From Takakia lepidozioides (taxonomy: Eukaryota > Plantae > Bryophyta): 15,000 nucleotides of DNA. Under the pieces are notes generated by a model. It was given only the letters and a program-made list of their open reading frames with translations. It did not search any database and was not told where the DNA came from. Positions 1 through 10,900 of the stretch are shown here, piece by piece. The first letter of the stretch is position 1, and each line of letters starts with the position of its first letter. Position numbers and translations under genes: made by a program. Location: positions 1 to 15,000 of the forward strand of contig JAKLZA010000248.1 of the NCBI GenBank assembly GCA_030704615.1, written 5' to 3'.

Positions 1-541
1 TCATTCGCACATTACTACCAAATCATGTGCATTTGGCTGCCAGTGGCAACTAGGACTAAAGTTCTTCCGAACAATCGACCAATTGAGGATCATCACTTTG
101 CACAGTACTGGCATGAGGCAGGTACCATGTTGAGGGAATTAATTGCTTTCCAGGTTGTACATGGATTCATTTATACCAAGACCAAGGAGGTAGCAAGTAT
201 TGTCATGGGATGCGGGTTATACTACGCTGCTTGTTTTCTGGTACGTTATCACATTGAGCAACAAAAGATGCAAGCGCGCTTTTCTGAGTTATTCCAGTGG
301 GGATCATTGGATCTTACCTTCAGTGCCACCTCATATGTACCTATATGAGGCAAAAGTTATGATGCAAAATGATTCTCAAATTTGTTCATGGTTTCAAGCG
401 GCCTGGAACAATTTGTCAACACAGAAATTCGGCATTGATGATATTTTCTATAAGGGACATATGGCATGGAAATACTTGCACGCTGCACAAGTAATTGGTA
501 CCCCACTCACCTGGACAGACAAGAGGTTTGCTATTTCATGA
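1..541 (+). other. Possible 3' end of an unidentified coding sequence (overlapping ORFs 25..348 and 200..541)
   Basis: Two overlapping open frames with protein-like composition, ending at TGA 539-541 before an A-rich tract. No recognisable motif. Confidence 0.25.
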
Positions 542-764
542 GCATGACCGGCATGAGCGGCATGAGCAGAGTAGTAACACAATCGGTTTTCATGAGCAGA
601 AGTACAAATTTCGAAAATAAAAAACAATAAAAAACAATAATTTAATGCAATGTGTCAGGAAAAACAAATATATTATTCGGCCCCTTGAAGGGAAAATTGC
701 ACTTTTGACAGTTGTGCTCATGATATTTCGTCTTCCGCTCATGCCAATTCCCAGCGACATGTGC

Positions 765-1203
765 AAATATGGCGCCGAATTTCGCGGTAATAGGGTCCGT
801 AACCTGAAAAAACGGCGACGTATTTCGCGGCAATAGGTCTCTCTGGCGAAAAATGGTGCCGAATTCCGCGGCTATAGGTCCCCTCATGACAGGTAATTCG
901 GCGCCATTTTTCCAGTGCATGTTCGGACTTAGCCAGTTTTCGGCGCAAAATAGGGAAATTCGGCGCCATTTTTCCAGACACTGTACCAGTGCATGTTGGG
1001 ACTTAGCCAGTTTTCGGCCCAAAAAAGAGAAATTCGGCGCCATTTTTCCAGACACGGTACCAGTGCATGTTGGGACTTAGCCAGTTTTCGGCCCCAAAAA
1101 GAGAAATTCGGCGCCATTTTCCCAAACACAGGTACCAGTGCATGTTGGGACTTAGCGAGTTTTCGGCCCCAAAAAGAGAAATTCGGCGCCATTTTTCCAG
1201 AAA
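765..1203 (+). repeat. Tandem array downstream of the transposase: ~4 x 74-75-bp units preceded by ~3 degenerate inverted ~41-bp units
   Basis: CAGTGCATGTT at 913, 987, 1061 and 1136. Each unit has GGACTTAGC and GAAATTCGGCGCCATTTT. The 765-880 stretch carries ATGGCGCCGAATTTC and CGGCAATAGG in the opposite orientation. Confidence 0.93.
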
Positions 1204-1356
1204 TGGCCCCACAACTGCTTCTGTTGGATCTCAGTTTGAATGGAATATTGCCTCATTCCAGGAGTTTTGGGGTGCATTTCATTACACTGCAAAAAAAAAG
1301 TCTGATACAGCAAAATGCATTTGAAAATATCCATATGGAGGATTCCGTTTGCCCCA

Positions 1357-4300
1357 TCAATGATTTCTGGAATCCCTAAGGAGGAGTTTGTGCAGCTCGT
1401 TCACGCTCAACGCCGGTGCATGAATAAAGTCATCAATAGTCACGTTCATCCTCAACCTCTTCAGGTAAATGTAATACAGATGCTTGCACGGATAATACTT
1501 CGAACCCTTCTTTGCTTCCATCAACGAGAAGTCCGTACAGTTGCAAGTCGGCTCCACTCCAATCGTAATTGTGTATACATCGTCGCGTACAGCCGAGCCG
1601 GCCGTTGCCATCCGATACACACGCCCAAGGCCGGGTGGGGTACGTCCACGGAGCTCTGAATAGTGCAAGCCATCCCAAGAGCATTGGCAATCCGAGTCTC
1701 ATTCAACTTGTTGGGAGGGTGTCGTCTCTTCACTCTTCCGAATCGCATTGTGGGATGTGCAGAATTGTCCAATCCGTCTCTACTGGACCGAGCAGTCTGC
1801 AATGGCTGGGTCTGAGGAACCGGAAATGCGTGGGCCGGGATGTCTGTGCGTTGCACCATTCGAAATCCTGCTGCAGATAGAGCATCCGCCTCATTCTGAG
1901 AGAGGCTGCAACCCGGTGCAACAGGCCAGACGCCCGGAGGCTCCGGCATTCCCTGAATCCCGTACTTGGGCTTGCCAAATACACAGGTCATTATGTCGTG
2001 CCTACAGAACCAAAATGTCTGCGTTGTGGCGTGAGCAAATGTGGGAGTCAAAAATCTGCCGCTGAAACAAGGTGCAGGTACAGCACCGTGTGGGTTCCTC
2101 CGAATCATCTCACCACAGCGTGCTCTCGTATCCACCCGGATGGCGCAACACTTCCCTCGAAATGCCGGCAATGTCCTCGCAATTCTCCACTGTGACTCCG
2201 ACACTCTTGTCTCCACAATGGGAATGTTGTATTGCTTTACTACAGATGGCTCGTTATGTTGCCGGGGCACGCGCCCTGTGCTCAAAGGAGATGGCGATCT
2301 TGAACGTGCAGGACTTCCGGTGCTCGACGAGACCTCCTCGGACAACATCACCGGACCACGAGGGAGCGTGCGAATATTCTTGTCAGCTCGCCATGAATCC
2401 TCTTCTCCGCCAGGTGCCTCGTCAAGTCTTCGTCTCACTGGACGGGTATGAACATCTCCTTCCAAATGTTGGCCTCTTCGCAGCAATGGCGTGTCCCGAA
2501 GGCCCTCTCGCAAGGCCGCCGCCCACTTCCGAGGATTCTTCGATCTGGAGGCAGTCCGCATCAGCATTTCCTGCCTGTCCGGCCCCAAGCCCCACTTTCC
2601 CTTTCAAGAACTCGTTGTACCTGCATTGCTGCATAATTGACCTCACAATGTCCTCCGTTGTGGCAGTGAGGATGTCCACCAGATGCGCCGCAGAGGAGGC
2701 ACGCCAGGAAGAGTGCACTAATTCGGCCATGTTTGTCGTGGGCATGTCGGTGTCGGAGTCGAGACACATTTCCTGCACAAGCACATGTTCAGGTTACAAG
2801 CAAGTTACAAATATGGCCAAGAATAATATCCAACGGGACGCGAATTCGTGCAACTCACCTCCCGCATATAGTCGCCGAACTGGAGGAAACGATAATGCCA
2901 CCATGCTAGCCAACTGACCATTGCTCCTTCGTCTGATTTCCTTACAGCACCTGACGATGTCCACCAAGCCCGTATGCATGCAAACTGTGTCTCTGCATCA
3001 TCCAAGGTGGGAGCGCGCTTCCACGCAAGGCACATGGAACGGTGCTCCTCTCTGAAATCTGGCGCCACGAGCCTGGTTGTGTACTGCGAAAGGCTCTGCA
3101 GAAAATGGAACCCACAAGATCTCTCCTTGCCTTCCATGGGAACATTGGGGTCTTGCCCGTACACCCTTCGGATGGCAGCCCAATTTGCTTGTGCGTTGTC
3201 CGCCATGAAACCACGGAAATTGGGAGGGGGCAATCCCGCCTTGGCCATCTGTTCGTTTATTCCCTGCCAAAGAAGCATCTCCGATTGTGTGTCCTCTCCT
3301 TTCATCTCACAAATAGCAATTGTCATTAGCATCCTGCAGTGGGTGTCGTAGACATGTGCACCCATTGTCACCCACTGGTGATTTGTAATTCGCTTGATAT
3401 GGTCGAACATGACCCAACTGTTTGACAAGTTCCCACTCGTCATCCTGTCGACCAGTTCGACGCCACTGCCAGGTCCACACGTGGACATTTTGAATACGAA
3501 ACAACGATCTGCCTCAGTCCCTTGTCCTGGAAACCTACTTCCATGAATGTAGTCATATCCACATCGTCGCTTCACCTCCAGAATGGAGTGCATATCCGAG
3601 CCACGCCCAATTTTCTGTTTGCATGAGACAATGTGGTTTCGGACATTCGGTGAACATACGTGGGACACCGACTCCAGCAATGCCTCCATTTCCTTCTCGT
3701 CGAGAGGAACTCTATCGGAGCCGTCTTCCGACATAATTCTGGCCAATGCCATCTTATGGGCGGCTTGGAGCTGTATCTGTTTGGGTTTGGCACCCGGTCT
3801 CAACTTAACCTCCTCCTGAACGAGCTGCTCTGCTTCGTGGGCAGCCTCCCGCGAGTTCCCCCTCGCCAATTTGTGACAATGGGAACCAACGTGTATGCAA
3901 GCTCGGGTGAGGTCAGGGAAACGGTGCAACACATAGAACTGCTTGGCATTACAAACAGACATGCAGTGTGGTGGTTCTTTGCAATGCGCACACTTAAATG
4001 TGGAGTTCGGAACCTTCTCCTGAGCTCGAAATGGTTGGTGAGCTGTGCCTGTCCAATCGGTCTCGTTCCTGTGACCTCTGGATTTAAAGTGGAAGCAAGT
4101 TGGGGAGAAACACCGCAACGCGCCCGCACAAACAACGTAGCGCACCCGCACACCATCAAGCATCTTCATGCTGGTGGTTTTGGTAACGCACCAAGGATGA
4201 CCGTCATGTTTTCTATCCATATCTGTCAACATTCCGGACGCCCTCGAGTAGTCCGCCCGAGGAGGGAACTCAAAGAAGATATTACCGTCGACGTCGGCGG

Positions 4301-4946
4301 GAAGGCATGTAACCGATTTAATTGCGAACTTGCTGTAGTCCAGCCCGGCCAGCTCCGACCGGTGTCCTTCCAGGTGAAGCCCTCGCAGAATTTCTAGAAT
4401 AGATCGAACTGCGGTGCTCGTGCTGGGAATATGACTCCCTCCTCCACTGACGTCCATTGAGGACTTGCCTGATCTCCAGGACGACCTCGGAACTTCCATG
4501 ACCTCGTCTGAGTCGGACAGGTTGTGAACAACCCGGTTCTCGGTCGTCTTCATGGATGGGTTCGGCTCTGGATTTACTTCGTTGCGGACTTCTCTCTTTG
4601 AGGTACCCACTCTCTGATTCGCGGATTGTTTCGTGGAAGGCGCCAGGATAGACGGTGCATTTGGCGGGCAAATGAAGTCCCCAACAGCCCTGTATATGAC
4701 GCTGTCCGATGGTGGAACTCGCCATTCCCTGCCATCGCCGAAATCATCGTGGAGCACAACAATACTCTCGACAACAAGGCCGTTTGAGTCCTTCCTTTCC
4801 TCCTCCAAAAAAACCGACCCCGGTTTCAGGTGGTATCGAACGCACAGATATTTCTCCATCACCCGGCAGGTGTCCCCTCTGCACGGAAATGAAGCTCTAT
4901 GCTCGTGAGGAGGGCAGTACACTGTAGCGCTCGGGTTTTCCGCCAT
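1357..4946 (-). CDS. MULE/Mutator-family DDE transposase with GCM-like Zn DNA-binding domain and C-terminal SWIM finger; complement(join(1357..2772,2859..4946)), ~1167 aa after correcting two 1-bp frameshifts (~2585 and ~1634)
   Basis: First ATG at 4946 (MAENPS). Catalytic motifs WVMFD (D at ~3403), FMAD (D at ~3199), CGFH (CxxH, ~3105-3116) and TTNMAELVH (E at ~2723, after a GT-AG phase-0 intron at 2858..2773). SWIM motif CNC-x15-CKH near 1480-1545. Stop TGA at 1359-1357. Stitches ORFs 2805..5078, 2422..2784, 1521..2588 and 1357..1668. Confidence 0.88.
1460..1580 (-). other. SWIM zinc finger (CxC...CxH)
   Basis: YTITIGVEPTCNCTDF...YYPCKHLYYIY in ORF 1357..1668. Confidence 0.9.
2773..2858 (-). 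other. Spliceosomal intron (86 bp) in the transposase gene
   Basis: Minus strand GAG|GTGAGT ... TTGTGCAG|GAA. Removing it joins DYMRE to EMCLDSDTDMPTTNMAE in frame. Confidence 0.85.
3870..4210 (-). other. GCM/WRKY-like zinc-binding DNA-binding domain of the transposase
   Basis: DGHPW...T, then RYVVCAGALRC-x4-C, CAHC, C-x3-C and HVGSHCH. This Cys/His pattern lies N-terminal to the DDE core, where MULE transposases carry WRKY-GCM1 fold domains. Confidence 0.65.
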
Positions 4947-5224
4947 GGGAGATGTGCACACAAGACTGCCAGGATGGCGTGCGGGGAAGCTCCCTGGTAG
5001 AAGGGGGTGCAGCGATGGGAATGAATGCGATGCCGATTTGTCCGAGCGACGAAGCCTGATCCAAATCCAGGGAGCCAACTATCTCAAAAATCCACAGTCA
5101 GAGTGTTAATGAACCTTGTCTCCGGAATGCGGCCCCTCGTCTTTGCGCAATAACTGCCAACGGTATGCAGTCAGAAAGTGGGGGCCGTCCGGATGATGAC
5201 GGCTGAAGGGGAGAAGCCGGCACC

Positions 5225-5835
5225 GTGCCGTCACATTACTACCCCCGAATGGAAATTCGGCACCCAATATCCAACAGAGGAAGCCCGGATGAAGTCGCCT
5301 GGCGCAGAGGCCGGAGTGTGTGCGACAGAGAACATCCCTGGATGGAGATTCGGCGCCGAATTTCCATCCGGGCCCCCCAAAGGGAGTCGTGTCGGGGGGT
5401 CAGGCCGAAAACTGGACGGCATAAAAAACATCCCCAGATGGAAAAAAACGGGGGGATGTCGGCCTCACTTGGCCGTCACATTCAACCCCGGACGAAATTC
5501 GGCACCGATATCGAACAGGGGACGCCCGGATGAAGTCGCCTCGGGCGCAGAGGCCGCGAGTGTGTCGACAGAGAACATCCCCTGGACGAATTTCGGCGCC
5601 GAATTTCCATCCGGGCCCCCCAAAGGAAGTCTTGTCGGGGGTCAGACCGAAAACTGGCCGACATAAAACCTCCCCAGATGGGAAAACGGCGCCGAATTTC
5701 AATTCGGGCCGTTCCAATGCAGTCGGGAGAAGGGAGAGGTCGGCACCTGGCGTCATATTTCAACCCCCGGCGGAAATTCGGGCACCGAATATCCACAGAG
5801 CGGCGGAGAGGCGGCACCTCTCCGACAGAGACCCA
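5225..5835. repeat. ~245-bp degenerate tandem duplication (~2.3 copies) upstream of the transposase start
   Basis: GCCGTCACATT at ~5227 and ~5472, CCCGGATGAAGTCGCCT at 5284 and 5525, and TTCGGCGCCGAATTTCCATCCGGGCCCCC in both copies. Confidence 0.85.
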
Positions 5836-5839
5836 TCCC

Positions 5840-6790
5840 CGGATGGAAATTCGGCGCCGAATTTCCATCCAGCAGGTAAGTGGAATCCCGGATGGATGGA
5901 GATTCGGCGCCGAATTTCCATCCTGCAGGTAAGTCGAACCGGATGAATGGAAATTCGGCGCCGAATTTCTCCAGCAGGTAAGTGGAATCTCGGATGGATG
6001 GAGATTCGGCGCCGAATTTCCATCCTGCAGGTAATTCGAATACCGGATGAAATGGAAATTCGGCGCCGAAATTTCCATCCTGCAGGTATTCGAATCCCGT
6101 ATGAAATGAAAATTCGGCCGCCGAATTTCCATCCAGCAGGTAGTGGAATCTCGGATGGATGGAGATTCGGCGCCGAATTTCCATCCAGCAGTAAGTGGAA
6201 TCCCGGATAAATGGAAATTCGGCGCCGAATTTCCATCCAGCAGTTAGCGATCGGTGCCGTATGGATATTCGGCGCCGATTTCCATTCGCCATGTATTGCT
6301 CGAGAATTACCTCGGCAGTAATTCCCAGATGAGAATACCTTCGTGCAGGTAATTCCAGGAGAATTACCTTCCTGCAGGTAATTCCAATCGAATCCGGAGG
6401 ATGGTTAATTCCTCGTCCAAATTCCTGCACGAAGGTAATTCTGATCGACGAACCTTCCAGAAGAATTCTCATCTGGAATTACCTGCACAGTAATTCCTCT
6501 CTCAAATACTTGGCGATGGAAATTCGGCGCCGATACCATACGGCACGATCCGACTGACCTGCTGGATGGAAATTCGGCGCCGAATTTCCATTCATCCGGG
6601 ATTCGAATCACCTGTGGACGGAAATTCGGCGCCGAATTTCCATTCTCCGGTATTCGATTCTGCAGGATGGAATTCGGCGCCGAATTTTCCATTTATCCGG
6701 GATTCCACTTACCTGGAGGATGGAATTTGCGCCCGAATTTCTTCATCCGGTATTTGAATTACCTGCCTGTGGAAATTCGGCGCCGATTAC
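5840..6790. repeat. Array of ~52-bp units built on the 30-bp palindrome GGATGGAAATTCGGCGCCGAATTTCCATCC; orientation inverts around 6300-6500
   Basis: Perfect palindrome at 5841-5870. Left units are followed by GCAGGTAA; right of the junction the reverse complement TTACCTG appears instead. Confidence 0.9.
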
Positions 6791-7770
6791 CTGCGCTGAG
6801 GAAAATTCGGCGCGCCGCCACCTCCGCGGATGGAAATTCGGCGCCTGATTTCCATCCGAGCGCTTCCGAATTACCTGCTTGAGGGAAATTTCCGCGCCGC
6901 CTACCTGGCGATGGAAATCGGCGCCGGATTTCCATCCGCGCGCTTCCGAATTACCTGCTCAGGAAATTTCCACGCGGCTTTACCGGATTTCCATCCGCGC
7001 GCTTCTGAATTACCTGCGTGATGGAAATTCGGCGCGTCCCGCCCTAAATCTCCGCGGGATGGAAATTCGGCGCCGGATTTTCCATCCGAGCGCTTTCCGA
7101 ATTACCTGCTTGAGGGAAATTCCACGACGCCCCTACCAGGCTGGATGGAATTTTCGGCGCCGGATTTCCATCCGCGCGCTTCCGAATTACCTGCGTGAGG
7201 GAAATTTCCAGCGCCGCCCTACCTGGCGGATGGAAATTCGGCGCCGGATTTCCATCCGCGCGCTTCCGAATTACCTGCTTGAGGGAAATTTCCAGCGCCG
7301 CCCTACCTGGCGGATGGAAATTCGGCGCCGGATTTCCATCCGCGCGCTTCCGAATTACCTGCGTGAGGGAAATTCGGCGCGCCGCCCTATCTGCGCGGAT
7401 GGAAATTCGGCGCCGGATTTCCATCCGCGCGCTTCCGAATTACCTGCTTGAGGGAAATTTCCAGCGCCGCCCTACCTGGCGGATGGAATTTCGGCGCCGG
7501 ATTTCCATCCGCGCGCTTCCGAATTACCTGCGTGAGGGAAATTTCCAGCGCCGCCCTACCTGCGCGGATGGAAATTCGGCGCCGGATTTCCATCCGCGCG
7601 CTTCCGAATTACCTGCGTGAGGGAAATTTCCAGCGCCGCCCTTCCTCCGCGGATGGAAATTCGGCGCCGGATATCCATCCTGCTGCGCTCCGAATTACCT
7701 GCAGGATGGAAATCCGGCGCCGGAATTCCATCGTGCAGCGCTCCGAATTACCTCTACGTTGGAAATTCCG
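6790..7770. repeat. Tandem array of ~84-85-bp units (about 11 copies, most homogeneous at 7140-7640)
   Basis: GGATGGAAATTCGGCGCCGGATTTCCATCCGCGCGCTTCCGAATTACCTGC(G/T)TGAGGGAAATTTCCAGCGCCGCCCTACCTGGC recurring at ~84.5-bp spacing. Confidence 0.95.
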
Positions 7771-7982
7771 GGACTGTTTACGTCGATTTTCATCCGACAT
7801 GGAGGGCTTCATCCGACATTTAATTGCGCAGTTGGGCAATAAATGTCGACGGCCGTCGGTTATTATTCGGGCTGGCGACGCATGGCTTCCTGGACACGTA
7901 CCCTAAATCTCATGCTAAACTTGGCTTAACATGGTATTCCAGGCATGTACCCCAAAAAAGGAGATCTTTTTGGCTGGGACTT

Positions 7983-10900
7983 ATGCCGCCTGAAGGGCGT
8001 GGCTCTCCTGAGAGAGACCTCACATCCAGACCGCGGCGGAAGTTGAAAGCTCTGTACTACGGACGACGGCCAATCTCTCGCATGGCCAAACTGAAGCTCC
8101 AGCAGGAGATTCCAGTGTCTTGCTCACAACCTGCGCCAACTGAAGCCGAGTACTCTCAGGCAAGCCACTTCTGCTTTCGGTTTGTTCGATTTATTTTTTG
8201 CTTTCGCTTTGTTACCTCGCTTTGTTTTTGCATCTTCATCCTGGCTTTGCTGTATGAGTGAACTTTAGATAGTTGAGTGAACCTTAGATTGTTTGCAATG
8301 CGTGTGCAAATCCGGCAGCTCTGGAGAAGGCTGCTTGTGCATGTCATTCTTAGGCAATGGTTGCATTTGTTTTCATTGTTGTTGCATGGCTCTCCATACT
8401 TCCTAAACTTGTTATGTTTTCATTTTTGCTACATGATTGTTGCTATGGTGGTTGCGCTGCTCGTTGCGATGCTGCTTTTTGCACCGATGTTGGTTTTCAC
8501 GATTTTTGTCAATGACAGAGTGACGACGAGCCCGGCACGCTGGTGGTATCATCGACAGCTCCAACTCATCGCATGTTTGAATCGCCCAACTTGGGGCGAG
8601 AGGGCAAACTTAAACCTTTTGTTGGTGGACGGGAGGACTTGCAACGAGATTACGACAGAGTAGGCATTGGGGAGGTTGGTGCAGGCGGCATGGCAGGTGA
8701 AGGGCGTGAGGACATGAGGACAGCAGATCCGGCAATGGAGGTTGTTCATGCACATGCAGTAGGGCCCGCCCACGCAAAGAAAAAGAAGAAAGCTAAGCAC
8801 ATGCAATCCCCGGCGAGAGAGCAGTCACGGGCTGCGGAGGGGGGAGTGAGCAGTGCGCGCGAGGGTGTCAGTTCGCCTCAATCAAAGGTGGTCGTCCTGG
8901 AGGGCTCCCCTGCTGCTAGCCCTAGTAAGAAACAGAAAGCCCGTGAGAGGGCAAAAGAGAGGGCAAAAGAACAGACGAGACAGAATGCTAGCCAGGAGGA
9001 AAGACAAAAGGCAGCTGAAGAGGCCAGGGGTGCCCAAATGACAGATGCCAATGTAAGCGAGGGACACACAGAGACGGTGGATCCCTACAAGACACCACAG
9101 AGAGGCAGTAGCACACCGGTTAGACCATCGCGGGCAAGAGCAGCCCCCGCAATTACCCATACGGTGGAGAGTGGAGGAGAGGAAAGAACACCTGAAAGAG
9201 CACGGATTGTGCAAGTTCGAGGTGAAGCCAGGGAGAGGGCAGTAGAGACGACGAGAGTGCTGGAGGTGGTTTCGCAGGTGGCTGACCCTGTTGAGGAGGA
9301 CGACATGGAGGTTTCTGACCAGGATGACATCCTCCCGGACATCCCAGGCCCCAAACCCGGAGCATACAGGCTGGATTTGGCGGTCCTGGTGGGCTGCCGG
9401 AAAACCCCTCTGCAGCAGACGTCATGTCTGAGGCGGATATGAAGTTGGCCGCTGCCAAGATGTTGGAGGCAACCCACAGCAACATTGGCAGGGTGCTGGG
9501 GGGCATGGTGTACCCGGCCAAGCTTCGAATTCCCCTTTGCCGCTTGGTGTCATTGCAGGTGGTGAGACCTGCCCTCCCAGGCGATATCGACAAGCTGAAA
9601 TTCTCTTTCCGGGATGGATATCGAATGGGGTCTGCCGCCTTTTACGTTTCCATTGAGAACGACCACGGAGCTTCCCGTGCCCACACTTCCGATGAGGTGG
9701 ACAAATGGGGTCCCCATTGGCAAACGCGAAATGAGGAGTTCGAGAGATCGATTGCTAGTGATCCTCTTTTCCAGCACATGTCCGGTAAGATGTTCTACGT
9801 GTGGGACGGCAATCATCGCCTCCTGGCATGGATGGAGCACATTGCCCAAGCCCACCCCAACGATCTCGATTGGCATTTCGCCGTCGATTGTGTTGTGCTG
9901 AAGGTTGCGGGGCCCAAAGATCGCAGTCTTCTCAAAGCTGCAATGGCCGACATCAACTCGTAAGCTACAACCCCTCTCGCTTTTGGACTTTGAATTTGGA
10001 AGTCATTTCATTGCGAATCCTCATATATGATGAAAATTCCCATTTCAGTATTGTTTGATGGAAATGTGGCACTGCAGGGTGACTGAGAATGCCTTCATTG
10101 CCACCAACTTGTCCCATATGCTCTTCCGAGTGAAGGATGTCGGGAAGCAGGGGGTGCAAGAGTTTGCCAATTCCCTCAGTGCCGACCTCCTGCGCAAGTC
10201 GGAGGCAAAGGCAGACAGAACCTGGTATAGGCTGAGCGTCGACGCCATGGTGGACTACATATTTCGGGTAAAGCTCCTGACAGTTTTGTTGAGCTAATCT
10301 GTCTCTCCTCCCCCAATAGAAGAAATTGTGTTGAGCAGGATCTCTAATCTTATGTGCGCATTCTTGACAGACGAAAATACAGCAGGATTTGGCACATGCG
10401 CGGAGGTTCTACATGGAGTCAGAGGAGAAGAATCCACCCTCCCGGAACTCGAATCGTATGTCAAAGCTGCGGAGGTGAGGGCCCGCATAAAGTACAAGTC
10501 GCGGATGGTAAAGTACGTGGCCATAGCTGATCCCGCCTTGGTGCCGACTTTCTGGTGGAGGTGGGGAAGCACTACTCTCGCGCTCTGAAGCCCACGATGA
10601 CATTGGAGAAGCTCCATCGTCTAGCCACATCCTGTGTGGATGCAACAGAAAAGGTGATACATTCTTAACAAAATTGTGGTGGCAACAACTCCTTTTTGTG
10701 GTGTTTGGCGCTTACGAATATGCTGGGTGGTTGGACAGACCCGGTGGCTCCAAATCTGGAATGGTTCCCAAAGTACCAGGGACATGTGGAGCTTCCCCAA
10801 ACCGGACAAACTCTCTGACCCCACATTCGACATGTGGATGAACCGCATGACATGGTGGTTTCAGGTACTTCCCCACGCTTCGTTTGGGGCTTCTACTCTA

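Noticed and set aside
2575-2600. Programmed ribosomal frameshift in the transposase
   Set aside because: Five scattered indels of both signs across two genes are better explained by sequencing error or decay, and no convincing slippery heptamer with downstream structure was seen.
2072-4397. Plus-strand ORFs 2072..2917 (281 aa) and 3660..4397 (245 aa)
   Set aside because: Antisense shadows of the GC-rich transposase CDS with no recognisable motifs.
4947-5078. N-terminal extension MAPWIW... of the 757-aa ORF
   Set aside because: It begins at a TTG codon; in a eukaryotic gene the first ATG (4946) is the more plausible start.
5840-7770. CRISPR array (palindromic ~30-bp repeats at regular spacing)
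   Set aside because: Intervening sequences are themselves repeated rather than unique spacers, orientation flips mid-array, no cas genes are present, and the context is spliceosomal eukaryotic DNA.
5178-7906. Numerous ORFs with MEIRRRISI / WKFGAEFP / GNSAPNF peptides (also at 642-1379 and 11126-12430)
   Set aside because: These are translations of the palindromic DNA repeat in all six frames, not real coding sequence.
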